Positions 1 through 12,963 of a DNA stretch of 64,000 nt are shown here, piece after piece. Location of the stretch: assembly GCA_965644295.1 (NCBI GenBank), contig CBFFRP010000146.1:573593-637592 (forward strand), written 5' to 3'. The DNA comes from Paraphysomonas bandaiensis (lineage: Eukaryota > Protista > Chrysophyceae). Under the pieces are notes generated by a model, which was not told the origin of the DNA, made no database searches, and saw nothing but the letters and a program-made list of their open reading frames with translations. The position numbers and the translations under genes are program-made. Each line of letters begins with the position of its first letter. Within the stretch, counting starts at the first letter, position 1.

Positions 1-250
1 AAGAAAGCTTACACACTGCTGCAATGTGGTTGGATCCATTGCACTTGAAACATTTTAGCTCACGCGACTTTGCACCACCTGCTTTACTCTTTTGTTAGAT
101 TTCTTGGGTCGTTGAAAGTTGCGCCGCCAGTTGGACTTTTGCTTCTTGTACGACGGGTTGGAAAAGGCTATCTTCCAGAGCTGAAATTTGTACTGCCCCT
201 TTTATTATCTTTTTTTTCGGTCAGTAAGGAGCCTACAATACACTGTAGTT
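1..250 (-). mobile_element. Degenerate retroelement Gag fragment with CCHC zinc knuckle
   Basis: Minus strand 52..11 translates CFKCNGSNHIAAVC (C-x2-C-x4-H-x4-C), preceded by a basic low-complexity linker with stops/frameshift; truncated by the window edge. Confidence 0.65.
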
Positions 251-268
251 AACCTTGCTATACACGTA

Positions 269-320
269 AACCTTAACCTTGTTTTGTCCTCTACAACCTT
301 AACCTTGTTTTGTCCTCTAC
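269..320. repeat. 26-bp perfect tandem duplication
   Basis: AACCTTAACCTTGTTTTGTCCTCTAC at 269-294 and 295-320, abutting structured repeat copy 1. Confidence 0.95.
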
Positions 321-712
321 AAAGTCGGACTCCTACCTTTTCGTGGTGTTCTGGGGATGAGTACAGGAGAGTTCTCAGGGAAACTAACGTGAGCCGCATA
401 TATATTCAGCAGACAATTTTCTTCTCACTCATATATAGTCAAAGGTTAGTGTGGCACATGGGACACTAATATAAGTGTCACTTGTGTAGACGTCTTTGGG
501 CCCTTACGATAAAGAGGCATCCGGGCTGCCTGCTGAAGTCGAGCGAATCAAAAACCCTAAGTTATCAGATATCAGGTATATTAACATTATGCTTTCGCAC
601 TGCGTTAGCTTTGAGTGATAGAGCGAAAGTGGTTGCACCTTGGTGCTTGCGATGATGATGCACAAGCTACTTTTGTAGCGTTAAATAGTAAGATATCAGA
701 GTTAAGCACTAG
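319..712 (+). repeat. Structured non-coding dispersed repeat, copy 1
   Basis: Colinear blocks shared with 40679-41121 and 41959-42330 (ACAAAGTC, GTGTTCTGGGG, GGAAACTAACGTGAGCCGCA, AGTGTCACTTGTGTAGRCGTCTTTGGGCC, GAGCGRAAGTGGT, ACCTTGGTGCTTGCG). Confidence 0.9.
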
Positions 713-924
713 TTAGTTAAATTTCAGTTCCATATTTGTTCTGACTCTCAAACGCCAATAATTATTGTTGCTAATTATAAGACATTCACTACTAATCTTG
801 CTTTTTGTATTCCTATTCCTCCCGTAGTTGCACGAGCTTGGCATCTTGGCATGCACCTTATCACTTGACATAACTCAATACTTATATATGAAGCCTGGTG
901 AAATTGCTTTACCAGGTTTTGGTA

Positions 925-1600
925 TTACCTCGACTTTACAGTGAAGTGTTCGAATGCTCTCAGTCTTCTGATCAAAGTCATGTAGTCGATCGTCAATTAA
1001 GTGGGATCATTTATTTGACGGTTGATAGTGGTGTCTAGTATTTTTTGTTCGAGGTCATTCCTTGTCTGATTCTAGAGATAAGAGGTAAGGTATTGTTCGG
1101 AGTTTATATGTGGCCGTGTGTGACCAATTTTAGACACAACTTCACTGCAGCGTCTAGAAAGGATTTTCTTTGTTTAATTTTATTCAATCTTGATTGATTG
1201 TAGTTGTTCTATCAGTCGGTGATTATGTCGTTTGAGGTCTTGTCTTTGAAGTGCTACTCGCTCTCGGACCATACTTTTTTCCCTCTCCTTCAGATACTAT
1301 TTCGATATTATGCTTTCAGCTTCCATGTGTTGACATATTGACAAATTACCGCTCTGGAAAACAGTGACCATAGCTAGTTGTTGCCCGCTTCGAAATACTG
1401 CAAATTTTCGTCGTAGGCATTTTTCCTGTATAAGTAGTCTTTGTCCGTTTCCTGACGCATGGGTTTCGCTGGGGTATCGTTTATTAGGATGTCTTTGCAA
1501 TATAACCAGGCTCTGCATTTCTTCTGCTATTTGGCTTGGAGTCCTTCCTTTTGTCCAATAAATCACAGTAGGAAATATCGTATCTGTTGGACTTGGAATT
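925..1600 (-). pseudogene. Decayed Copia-like gag (UBN2-like) ORF
   Basis: One minus frame with scattered stops reads ...GKKVWSE..HF...FLDAAVKLCLKLVTHG... and, after a frameshift, DYMTLIRRLRAFEHF. Resembles Copia Gag helices; weak, by-eye similarity. Confidence 0.35.
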
Positions 1601-2031
1601 AAGATTTATCGTAACTGTAAGCTTTGTATTAATTATAAGGCCAATTATAATTTATAAAAGACTTCACACAAGGAATAAAGCCTAATAGTATAACAGCAAG
1701 ACAAGAATGTAGCAATGTGTCTTGTAGTACAGTCACGTATTGACTCCGAAGAATTATGAATGATTGCTAGAAGAGTAGATGGCTGTGTTGATTGAATACG
1801 AGTACTCTTGTATTTTCTTTACAATTGGCTGAACTTTATTCAATTTAAGTAAACTGTATTATTTAGCGCTCACAAAACCTCATAAAAATGGTAGTGCATC
1901 AAATGTCAATGTATGAAAGCATGCATTCAGCAAAACACTACTTTGAGATCGTACATGACTCCACTTAACCATCGCAACGATGCTTCAGAACGTTTTGTAC
2001 CACATATTAACTCCAAAACTGCAACACATAC

Positions 2032-5000
2032 TCACGGTATGTTGAACACTTTCTTCATCTTTAATATTAGCTGCCATTCTTCCTTGCTGACATCTCTGCA
2101 ACATAAAAATATTACAACCATCATATCAGGAGTGAACTATAAAATCATATCGTAACGCACTCGTATAAATATATTTACTTCTACACAGATACACTTACGC
2201 TTTGAAGAACTCCTTGAGGGCGTCGATGGACTCTCGTGATATCTTACTATAAAGGGAATGGGTATGGTCAAACTGACGCCCGTAGGTCATAGTTGGGTTG
2301 TGTTCATTGGTGATCTTGATAGACACTGATGTCCCCTTCTTAGCCAATGGCACTTCTTTGCGATTGTTTTCAATTCCGATCACACGACCAACATCTAGAA
2401 ATCCGTTCGACGGAATTGTCAACATTGTCCCTACCTTGAGTGTACCCTCCACAACCTCTACTCCAAAAACCATAGGGTCTTTTTTGTTAAATATATGTTG
2501 CGGCATAATTCTAAGCACAACAGGAAACACTGCAACAGCCTCAGCTTCCTTCCTCCTTTTTGCAGTGATGTTGCTCATATATGCAGAGAACTGATCGAAG
2601 AGGTGATAAATAATATCAGCGGAGAAGATTCGAACATGGAGTTCTTCTGCCATCTGAGCAGCCTCATTGTCCACCTTGACATCAAATGCAAGAATGGTGG
2701 CGAATTCGGGCATTTCGCGCTCGTTCATTATATTTGCTCTCATCACATCTTTTTTATGAATTGGGCCAATATTCACATGGCACACTGGTATAGGAGGGGT
2801 ACATTCATCTCGCAAAAACTGGAGGAGGGCCTCAAGGGCACCTAAAGTGGAAGCGTGAACCATGACACCTTTATTCTCAGTGCTCAGGGCTTTGAACACC
2901 TGAACCACAGAATTACTTGATGACAGATAACGAAAAACAAGGCTATGTAGAGGAGTACGGTGCAATATATGTATGGCGTATAACTACAACGCCTCTATCA
3001 CTTTTCTACCTGAGTTAAGTCACTCTGCACTTCCTCCTTGATGTCCTCCTCATCGTCTTCTAAATCATGACGCACCACAAGAACTGATGTGCCTGCTACA
3101 GCTCTGGCAATATCTGGCGCAACAATCTTGATTCCGATAGCACCTTGAAGCTCCTGATGATGGACGTACTCGCTCTTCACTCTGATACCAGGTTGTGTGA
3201 AATTGAATACAAGCCGAAACACACAACATGTATTACTAAATAGCAATATCCTACAATCCTACCTCATTTCTCTATTCGGTGGAGGCGTCAAGAGCGCACG
3301 TATTGTGGTTACAACCGGTCCTTCCAGCGTACTCACCACTATCGTATCGCCTTCTCGAAGAGAACTATGTTGAAAGAAGATTAACACAAAGAAAATGAGC
3401 AGTGCGTACCATACCCGTTAACAAGCACAACATCTACTGTATGGCCGAGACCGTCGATGACCTTCACTTCCAGCACAGTACATTGGATAACGTCCATAAA
3501 CATTAACTTTTCCTGTGTATGATGACATTACAGTAAGATAGAATGCTCAATCACTTTGTTCACCTCCAAACGGTTCTGCGTTAAGGTGATGAGCATCTTA
3601 AGAAGGTCTGGAACACCCTCTCCAGTCACTGCGGATGTAGGTACCAAGGAAACAGTTTGGGCAAGGTCGTCATTCTTCCAGTACAACTGCGCGTTGAGGC
3701 CTTGCTCCATGAGTTGCGTGATGGTGTGTTGTAACCTAGGGGAGTATGAGAGCTAGTACCTCAAACTCGATCGGAGTTATTCGGGCAGAACAAAGTATAT
3801 AAAACATACAACACACGGAGTGACGTAATTACGTACCGGTCTTCAAACTCTTGTTTACAATTCTCGTCTTGTTCAGATAGAGCAATTCTTGAGGAGCGGT
3901 CAGGAACGGTCTTCCAGCCATAGAGACGATCAATCTACATAAATAAGTGAACGCCAAAAGCAAAGTAGAGGTTTCATATATTAATAGACAACATCGAATA
4001 CCTTGTTAAGAGCGACGATAAATGGCGTCCGCTTTCGTCTCAACATGTTAATTGATTCGATTGTTTGAGGCTCTAAGCCGTGCATGAGATCAATTACAAG
4101 AATGGCAATATCACAGAGAGAAGATCCTCTGGAACGCAGGTTAGTGAACGACTCGTGACCAGGTGTATCGATCATAAGTAGTCCAGGAATGCGGATATCA
4201 AAGGGGTCAATAGACTGAAGGCAAGATGTTTGGAGGTTCAGGGTTTCACGCGAAAATTGAGTAGCCCCAATCTGCTGTGTAATACCTCCTGCTTCTCCTT
4301 CCTGAACATTTGTATGGCGGATCTTATCCAATAACTTAGTTTTTCCAGTATCGACATGTCCCATAATACACGAAATAGGGCTACGAAGGTGGTCCGGTGA
4401 GCGGGCAGCTCGGGCAGCTGCTTCCCTTTCCAAACGCCTACGGCGACTATTTTCTTTTCGCACTTGTGCCTCGAGCTGGCGGCGTTCCATTTCTTCACGC
4501 TCCCTTTCCTCTTCCTCCCTGCACATACAGGACAGGTACGGATTACATAACATACGTAACACCGTAAATATTGCTATTTCTACCTCTTAATTCTCATTTC
4601 TTCTTCACGCTTAGCGCGTTCAATACCCTGCAACCTGAGTTTTTCATGTTCCTTTTGACGTTCGACGTCGAGTTCATCAACTTCTTCGTCCGTGCGTTCG
4701 GGAACCTATACCATCATGTTACAACCCATTTGTCCACATGAGGCATCACCAAATAGCTGTCATCATTTATATACACAGATGTGCGACATGGAAGTATCCA
4801 TCAACAACTTCATCTTTTTGACCTTTATTTGAACTTTATCCTCATCCATGATGTCCCAGCTATCTGCGACTTCCTCCTCTACAGTCGCTTGCGCAGGCTC
4901 GTCGCTGACCTGCGGCTCCTCGGCAGCAACTACTCAAGCAAGAAGAAAATAACCACCACAATGAGTTACATACTGTTTAAAAATGTATATCGATATAAAG

Positions 5001-5689
5001 TTATAAAATAATAGCCTACCTGGTTCAGGTTCGGGCTCTACGGGAACAGCAGGGGGCTTCTCTAACTTCGGTTCAGTTGCCTTCTTTCCCTTCTTCTTAT
5101 TGGAAAACATTGCAGCTGTGGATTTAGGTTTGGCGGCCTCTGTTTCCTTTTGCTCTGGAGGGACTAACATCCCAGCCGCGCGCATGGCTTCTAGGCGTGC
5201 TTGTGCTTTTTTCGCTTTTTCCTTTTCGCTCTTGGTCATGTAGGTACCAGCGGCTATTTGTGCCTCCTTTTTCTCTTGTTTGGCCTTGCGCTTCTTCTCT
5301 TTGAGCTCCTCTGCAGCCTTTCTTTCCGCCTCTGCCCTCTCCTCTTCCTCACGAATTCGGCGCTCTTCTTCTTCTTGCTGAGCCTTTAATCGAGCCTCTT
5401 CTTCAGCTCGTTGTTGTTGTAGCTGCAAGATCGCACGACCAGCCGCTGTAGTGGTATTACCAGTCGGCTTCTTCTCATCTTTCTTCCCTTTCTTCTTCTT
5501 TTTCTTTTTGTTATCCTTTTTGGCTGATTTCTTATCGACTTCGTCCTCTTCGTCGTCTTCATTATCATTCTATTGCAGTATGTTACGTGCTACGTAACCA
5601 AACCAACCAATAAAGCGATACACACTCACACCTACCTCCACAACAATATCCTCCGGCTTCACCTGGTCGGCTTCTTCCATATTACTCAT
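2032..5689 (-). CDS. eIF5B: Eukaryotic translation initiation factor 5B (multi-exon)
   Basis: [54 protein letters not shown] and SRESID motifs across GT-AG-bounded exons; last exon ...KMKKVFNIP* ends at 2032; start ATG inferred. Confidence 0.95.
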
Positions 5690-6365
5690 GTGTCCACAAG
5701 AGAGTTTTTATAAGCTTCTACTTTGTACACAAATTTGAAGGTAAGCTTATAGTGTGTGTGTATCACCTGCACCTGTCCATACACTGCATGTGATGTGATT
5801 GAGGTGATGTGGGTGTGGGAAAAACAATAGGAACCATTCCTCATGAAGTCGAAGTACACCTCCTCACTTTTTCTCTGTCCTGGTATATACTTCTGTATAC
5901 TTGCTGTATTTTATGTGAGATATATGGAAATACAGTGAAAGTGGTCAGAATAATCGCTATGGACGATGAAATGAATGGATAGAACAACAAGCGAAATACG
6001 ACAGTATTCCTCTGTATGATCTGATCTCCTACCTCGCTTCCGGTTGATGTCTACAATACAAGTGACGTATACCACAGTATTCCCCATCACTCACTGATCT
6101 GCTGCTCCTGAAGCTGAATCATGAACAGGCGTCGGTTTCAGTTTCCAACAGTGAATAAAAAACAGTTAGCTCACTGAGCTCTGCTCTCATATATACATAC
6201 ATACATGCATGTCTCACATCACCTGGAAGGAATCAATTCTTAGTTACAGAGCCGAATATTGTGACGGCAATACGGTAGAATATTTAAAGAGATAGATTTA
6301 TTTAAAGAGTGAGCGTGTTTTTCTGCTAGAATTTTATAGTCTATTGCAGTTATAATATTGAAGTT

Positions 6366-8591
6366 ATGGCAGGCTCCGGGGGCCCTGAAAGGGAGACTGA
6401 ATTTAATACCAATGTTCCTGACAGAGAAGAGAGAAAGAAGATAAGAAGAAAACGCATTGAAAAGAGGCATGCTACAGACGATGCAGGGGGTGATGAAGGT
6501 ACGGACATGAATCAAGGCGCTTTGAAAAGTGGTCTGCAGCAGGTCTCAGAGAGCCTTTTTCATTTGGACAAAAGAAAACATGGAGGGATTCAGGATGTTA
6601 CCTCCATACGAGTCGCTACGGACGAAGCTGAGTCAAGACGAAGGGTGGAAGACGAAAAAATGAGGCATGAGAGATTGACTAAACTCCAGCAGGAGGCTCT
6701 GTCTAGTGCCAAAGCGAACGCCGCCATTGAGATGAAGTGGGCTGAGCTCTTAGAAAAAGAAATTCCACAGGAATTACATCATGACATTCAACAGCAAATG
6801 GCTGCTTGCTCAGCAATCATTGCTAGTAAGGACAGCCTTACGAATGAATTTTTGATGCAATTGAGAGCGAAGGACGAAGAGTATGTCCGAACACTGAGGC
6901 AACAGGCAGAAGACATAGAGCACTTGTTAACCCAAATTCGATCTGAATTCAAGGATATGCAGTCCGAATATGACAAAGAAATTGATGCTATTGAGGATGC
7001 GTATTTAGAGGAGCGAGATAAGATGATTATGGACCATACAGCAGAGGTGGATGCTCTCTTTGATAGTCGTAAGAACAAGGAAGTGCACTACAAGGAAGCG
7101 AAGCAAAAACGCGAGGAACAATACCAAAGAGAAATAGAAGATCTCATAACAAAAGGAGCAGATCAGTATAATAAGTTGAAGATTGAATTGGAAATGAATA
7201 TTCAGACACTAAAGCAACAGCTAGAAGAGATCCGCGCGACATATCAGCTCAACACGGAGAAATTAGATTACAACTATCGTGTGTTGACAGAACTCGATGT
7301 TGAGAAAAATGCTGAATTGACTCGTTATAAACGTCGCCTTACACGTTTAAAAGATCAACTGAACCACTTCTCCGCGAAGTACAACCAAATGAATGTGCTC
7401 GACGCGAAGACGAATAACGATTTAACTGAAGACTACCGGCGCCTCACGCAGAAATATAAGGACCTTCAGGCGAAATTTCGCCATTTCGAAGTGGCAGATA
7501 CGCAAAAGTTTGATGAAGTTTGGGGAATGCATGAGGATGAGGCGAAAGATCTTGTCGATAGGTTGCTTAAGGCAGACAAAGTGATCACCGAGCAGCAACT
7601 CGGGTGGGTTTGGAAAGCCCCCAACGTCCTGTCGTTGTCAATGAATAAAAGTACTGCACTTCCTAATGGGGATGCGACTGCAACAGGACCTGCCGGTGGC
7701 TCACAGATCTCCGAGGAGGGAGTTGTTGAGGCTGCAGTAGTTGGTGATGAACGCGAATCGCAGTCTGGAACGAAACATGTCTCGGGGTCGCGCATTCGCA
7801 GTGTGCTGAAACTACTTGCAGCGGAGGCGGGATTCCTTGGCCTCCATCCTCAGCTCCAGCAAAATATTGATGATGTACCAGAGCAAGATGCTGAGCTCTC
7901 ACGTGCTGAGGCTATGCTTCGCGCACTAGGAGTGAAGAGTGAAGAAAAAGTGTCTCAGTTACTGACATATTTTTTCAGAGATCATGAACAGGGTAACCTG
8001 GTGGAGATGGAAGCCCTGGGATTGAGTGAGCAACAGGAGGTTGATGAGTACGGAGTTCCTATCAAGCACGAGCATGAAGAAGAAGAAGCCAATGATGATG
8101 AGCTCAAGTTGAGGTTCCCAAATGAAGACTTAGAAGAGTTGAGAGACGTAATTAGTCCAGAATCTGTGATGGCAGCTATCAAGGCATTCATGGATGACAC
8201 CAGTGCTGAGGACGGTCCACTGGGTGCTGCTCCCAGACTTCAGAATACAGCCGCGAAAGGTGGGCCTGAAGAAGCAGCCGGTGGAAGGAAACGCGGAAAC
8301 AATATTCAAAGCTACTGGGTGCAGCTATCCCAAATTGTTAGTGACCAGTCCGTGGAAGTATGGAGACAACTTGAAACAGACCTAAGTAATTACAAAGACA
8401 TCCTGGCCAAGAGGGCGTCATCTATTCAGGAAGTTGATGAGTTGGCGGCACAGAATGTTGAGCTCAAGCGGGTTCTGAACCAGTACCTGGGTGACAGAAC
8501 TAATGATATGTTTTGCATTCCTCCATCGCAAACAATGAGAGTGAATAATCCAAAGCCTAAAGGAAAGATATTGATGAGTAAAACGGGATGA
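6366..8591 (+). CDS. DRC1: Dynein regulatory complex protein 1 (CCDC164), single exon
   Basis: 741-aa coiled-coil ORF with YQLNTEKLDYNYRVL, LLKADKVITEQQLGWVW and C-terminal QNVELKRVLNQYL...IPP. Confidence 0.92.
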   Translation: MAGSGGPERETEFNTNVPDREERKKIRRKRIEKRHATDDAGGDEGTDMNQGALKSGLQQVSESLFHLDKRKHGGIQDVTSIRVATDEAESRRRVEDEKMRHERLTKLQQEALSSAKANAAIEMKWAELLEKEIPQELHHDIQQQMAACSAIIASKDSLTNEFLMQLRAKDEEYVRTLRQQAEDIEHLLTQIRSEFKDMQSEYDKEIDAIEDAYLEERDKMIMDHTAEVDALFDSRKNKEVHYKEAKQKREEQYQREIEDLITKGADQYNKLKIELEMNIQTLKQQLEEIRATYQLNTEKLDYNYRVLTELDVEKNAELTRYKRRLTRLKDQLNHFSAKYNQMNVLDAKTNNDLTEDYRRLTQKYKDLQAKFRHFEVADTQKFDEVWGMHEDEAKDLVDRLLKADKVITEQQLGWVWKAPNVLSLSMNKSTALPNGDATATGPAGGSQISEEGVVEAAVVGDERESQSGTKHVSGSRIRSVLKLLAAEAGFLGLHPQLQQNIDDVPEQDAELSRAEAMLRALGVKSEEKVSQLLTYFFRDHEQGNLVEMEALGLSEQQEVDEYGVPIKHEHEEEEANDDELKLRFPNEDLEELRDVISPESVMAAIKAFMDDTSAEDGPLGAAPRLQNTAAKGGPEEAAGGRKRGNNIQSYWVQLSQIVSDQSVEVWRQLETDLSNYKDILAKRASSIQEVDELAAQNVELKRVLNQYLGDRTNDMFCIPPSQTMRVNNPKPKGKILMSKTG

Positions 8592-8943
8592 AGGTCACAT
8601 CTTTCTATTCTGTAGTATCTATGTCCGTATTGTGGATTTAGCAGTTGTACTTCTATGTCATGCATATTGAATGCCGAGATGTTTCCAATTAAGAATATTA
8701 GGCATAAGTGTGCTGAATAACCTCTCTATATGAATAATATATAACAATTGTTCACATTAGAAAGTTTTACTAGATTAGAAAAGCTTTAATAGAGAGCCGT
8801 CACCAATGACAATGTGACATTGATAATATTTAGAGTTATGACTTTGTTCGCTCACTATATCTTACTTTCCTTGTAGTATCTACAAGAACTGTTGTTAAAT
8901 GTATTTACTGTCATTATTCATTATATATTCTAGTACAATGTAT

Positions 8944-9010
8944 CAGGCTTGCGTATCAATTTAATGATTTTCAATTTATTGCCAATAATTGCCAGCTAAT
9001 TGGATTGACA
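8944..9010. mobile_element. Orphan hAT end related to the 9411-10650 element
   Basis: CAGGCTTGCGTATCAATTTAATGATTTTCAATT resembles the reverse complement of that element's right end (CAGGGCTGCGTATCAATTAATTGATTTTCAATT). Confidence 0.6.
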
Positions 9011-9132
9011 AATAAATTAATTGGTTTAAAAAATGATATTTTCAGTTATTATCATTGGTAAATGTTATTTATAATGTCTGATTATTTAGCAATAGGCATT
9101 CATGTAAGTGTTAAAACTAAACAGAAATATAT

Positions 9133-9210
9133 CTAGTACTTAATACTAATATCCTACTTCCTACTATACTAATTAATACGAAGGCTGCAAGGCGCGACCA
9201 CCTCTGCTTT
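9133..9210 (-). repeat. Degenerate 3' fragment (copy 4) of the structured repeat
   Basis: Reverse complement reads GCAGAGGTGGTCGCGCCTTG-CAGCCTTCGT...GTAGGATATTAGTATTAAGTACTAG, matching the 3' end of copies 1-3 with the GNRA hairpin deleted. Confidence 0.55.
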
Positions 9211-9410
9211 AAGTAGGTGGCAATGGATTGGTTATATCTCAGGATGTAGTGTTTCACCTAGATATTCTAGTATATTCAGTGTGTCACTTGAAGACAATGT
9301 ACGAGAATACAGCGAAATATAGTGATGTACAAATGCTATGATGATATTGAGAAACAGAAATAGTTTGATCTTTCAAGATATGTTCAGTAACGAGAGGTTC
9401 GCATATGTAG

Positions 9411-10650
9411 CAGGGCTTCGTATCAATTAATTGTCAATTAATTGACGCAGGTTGTAGTCAATTATAATTGCAATTATTACTTGCTGTCTCAATTTCAACT
9501 ATTGCAATTAACTGCAATTAATTGCAATTAATTGCAATTATTTAGTACTAAAATACACTAGCTGCGAATATAGCTACCTCAACTGTCATTTCATTCCAGA
9601 GGCAACGATTCATGCGTAAAGTCATAATTAGCACTAAATGTTGAGGAGTCAAGCTCTTGAGCAAGCCCGTCATAACAATCGTAGCTCTACTGAGCAACCT
9701 CTCAACCTTATTGGTTGTGCTATGCAAGTGTTTCATCCGTAACGCGTTTGCTTGTTAAGTCTTGCTCGCTTCCGCTGCCTGCTACCATCAAACAAACGTT
9801 GCGCTGCGTCGTCATTCGGAGCTAGACTCGCACCGTCATAATCTTCTTCTTCCTCATCGAACAAATATATTTTAGTTTGATCCTTTGCCGTCCGAGTTAC
9901 GGCTTCGTTGCCACATTGAATCTTCACGACTGTCTTTTCGAAAGCAGCGTTAAAAATAATAGCAGCACTGTCGCCCAGATGACGCTCAACAATCGGGTGC
10001 ATTATGAAGGGTTCAGAATCGTCAATCAATGTGCAAACGTCGTGGAAGTCAAGCTGGTGTTAACCTTACTTCTGTAATATTGTACTACACTTATTTTTAT
10101 AATACAGGGCATAATATACATGTATATACTCTGTATATAGGTGGATAGTCCTACAATTAGACTTTTAACACATCGGAACCAAACTCGAAAGATCGCATAT
10201 GATTAGATAGAAGCAAGTAGCGGTCAATCACGGAAAATGTGGAGCCCCTTTTCCTGCAGGACAAATCTCTATTGCAGCCTCTTCGTTATTATTATCATCA
10301 TTTATTTACTTTCTCAAATAACACTCGTGCAATGACTTCTGGTGCCAATTTGTCGCTCCTATCGCTAATTAATTAAATGAATTACTATGTGAGATAATCC
10401 TATGGATATTATAGTCTTTCACCAATCTTCGATTTTTATCCTAAAAATGCCGTTTTTAAACAACTTTTCAGCATAAAATGGTGGGTTTTTAATATCAATT
10501 AATTGCAATTAATTGACAATTAATTGAAGCTAGCTGGAGTCAATTATAATTGCAATTATGAATCGATGTCCCAATTTCAACAATTGCAATTTCAATAATT
10601 GACAATTAATTGCAATTAATTGAAAATCAATTAATTGATACGCAGCCCTG
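9411..10650 (-). mobile_element. Internally deleted (non-autonomous) hAT DNA transposon
   Basis: 23-bp TIRs CAGGGCTTCGTATCAATTAATTG / CAATTAATTGATACGCAGCCCTG (1 mismatch); 8-bp TSD ATATGTAG at 9403-9410 and 10651-10658; subterminal AATTGC/CAATTA arrays; minus ORFs 9733-10029 and 9548-9736 include an hAT dimerisation-like motif (STTNKVERLLSRA..L.P..L..L..N). Confidence 0.93.
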
Positions 10651-10790
10651 ATATGTAGGATATGATGCGTAGATTAAAATGAGTTAGTGTTGGTTATCAC
10701 AACTTCGTGTAAACGATATTAATAAATCTATCTACTCTTACGACAAATTCTCTCTGTGATCTAGCTTAAAATGAGCAATTTCCAATAACG

Positions 10791-10860
10791 TATTTGCCCG
10801 GTAGTAATATGCGCCTTCTGTTTAACCAAATTCAGGTTTAAAATGCTCTTTTTTGAGATA
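10791..10860. repeat. Short dispersed repeat (probable TE end)
   Basis: TATTTGCCC..GT..T.ATATG.GCC.TCTGTT.AACC.AA.TCAGGT..AAA..GCT..TTTTGAGA is shared with 42853-42918 and, more weakly, with ~58343-58403. Confidence 0.6.
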
Positions 10861-11188
10861 AAAGGTATCTATTTCGCAGCTTACTCGAGTGCATATACAG
10901 CACATTATGGTGACATAAAAAATAGTGGTTTTCAAAGCCGTACAGAGGTGTCGACTAGTTACAGAGCGACAGCAATATATATGCTATAAACTATAAACAT
11001 TAAATTGGAATCATAATCACCATTTTTTAGGCGACTCACAATTTTAATGGCCAAAAAATCAGGTTGAGGAATACAAGGTTTTACAGCAGTGAGGTAGTGC
11101 CAAAACATACAATAAATATAATAGGCCACACTAATGTGGATTTGTAACATATAGCAGAAGAACACAGCTAAGCACTAATCGTACTACA

Positions 11189-11226
11189 ACACAATACAAC
11201 ACCATACAACACCATACAACACCATA
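11189..11226. repeat. (CAACACCATA)n-type minisatellite
   Basis: About four imperfect 10-bp units. Confidence 0.8.
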
Positions 11227-11403
11227 AACGAAACAGATGTGTATACTATACCTCATACATTGAAAATACTCAAATATGATACAAATAAGACAACTATGCA
11301 ATAAAACACAGCTTTAAAGGAGTGTGTTCTTATTCTCCCAGTATATTAACCTAATAATATCTTTAGAGTGGATCTGAAACGTGGAACTGAGTGCATCGAT
11401 ATA

Positions 11404-12501
11404 TCACGAACTTCTTCGACGCTGCACACTTCCCATTCGTTTCACGACTTCATTTCCACTAAAACCCAATTCGGAAGAAGCGCTACCTCTTCTGGAGTCA
11501 GAACTACCGACACTTCCGATAGTGTTCAGTGAATTGTGTCGATTCAATGACTGTCGACGGAGTTGACATTTAACAGAACCCTCCTGAGATAACTTTGGAC
11601 GGGCAGATTCCCAAACTTTAGAACCGCTACCCTGATCTACATCCACCATTCCGTCTGGATTGAAGGAGTAAATACCTCGCTTCGAATTATTATTAAACTT
11701 TCGAAAGGAAAGGTACCCATCATGAGGAGAAAATATTTCTTTCTGTCGTGCACGCCATGCACGCCAGGAAGAACTTGGAAGGCGAAGTGCAAGCTGAACC
11801 TGCTTTTGTATCAGTAGTACTGCTGCCATTAAATCGGTGTGCTCCTCGCAATAGTTTGCAAAAAATTCTTTAGTGACACCAGTCCTACCGAATTTTTTCT
11901 GACGTAGAATTTCGTCTTTAAGTCTATAACATTATCGAAAACACGTTAAGAAACGACATATTACACCACACAGAGGGCTTACTTGATAACATCAGGATAG
12001 TTACTGCATTTAGCACCAAAGAGTATATCTGTCATTTTCTCATATTCTTTGTAATCGAGAATGCCGTTGTTGTCAGTATCGAACATTTCAAACACAAGCC
12101 ATGCTAATAACACAAGTTAGAAACAAATTATACATTCTAGTAGCAATACCAAGCTTATCACGAATAGTACAGAAAATCCAAAGGACTAACACCATATCTC
12201 TGAATGACACACACTCGAAGTCATTGAGATCAACCAAATTAAAGGCTTGTCGTATGAGAGCGTTATTCTCCAGTCCCATGCGAGCTAGTATTCGTTTTAC
12301 TTCTGCGCGTGAAGGATTTTGACCAGCTGTACAAGCAACAGCCCTCGAGAAGAACATGTAGAGCTTCTCTATGTCAACTGTACACAGACCAAGACCTTCT
12401 AGTTCATCCTCACAATAACACGGAAGATCTTTTAATATACTCGGACGAGAACTAGATGATCTTTCTTTACTTTGACTATGCTTTGAGACACCACTTCCCA
12501 T
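11404..12501 (-). CDS. N-myristoylation-motif EF-hand protein (calcineurin B/recoverin-like), multi-exon
   Basis: MGSGVS start; AFNLVDLNDFECVSF and MFDTDNNGILDYKE EF-hand-like loops; short GT-AG introns. Confidence 0.7.
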
Positions 12502-12963
12502 AATGAACTTGTGATGACAGTGGCCGATAGGGCAGATTAGATACAAGTCTAGAAGTATGAGACACTCCACTCTATGAAATCAGAACAACTGATAGCTAGA
12601 GTAGTATACGGTATACGGTATACCTATACGGTATATACAGCCATGATACTCTGCTGCACGATAGATATCTATGTATAGATTTAGACATCTCCTCTCAAAA
12701 AACCAGCTTTTAATTGTACATAGGTAAAAAACACACGTTTTTCATGTCATCAAAAATTTAAACGAAAAATTCATATGGAGTGGCAGTTGCTTCATGCAAG
12801 AGAGTAGTCCAATTACCAGTCCAAGGTCTTATATGATGCACTCTTGCGATGCAATGCATACATTAGACACAGATCAATCTAGCTATCAAGTATCTGGTTA
12901 AAGAAATATATATGTTATTACTTTGACACAGAGGTTCATTCTCATTGGTGTGACACGAGTGTA

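Noticed and set aside
549-562. AAACCCTAA as a telomerase RNA template
   Set aside because: Present only in copy 1 of the repeat.
9421-9545. CRISPR-like array
   Set aside because: Low-complexity AATTGC subterminal repeats of the hAT element, with no unique spacers.
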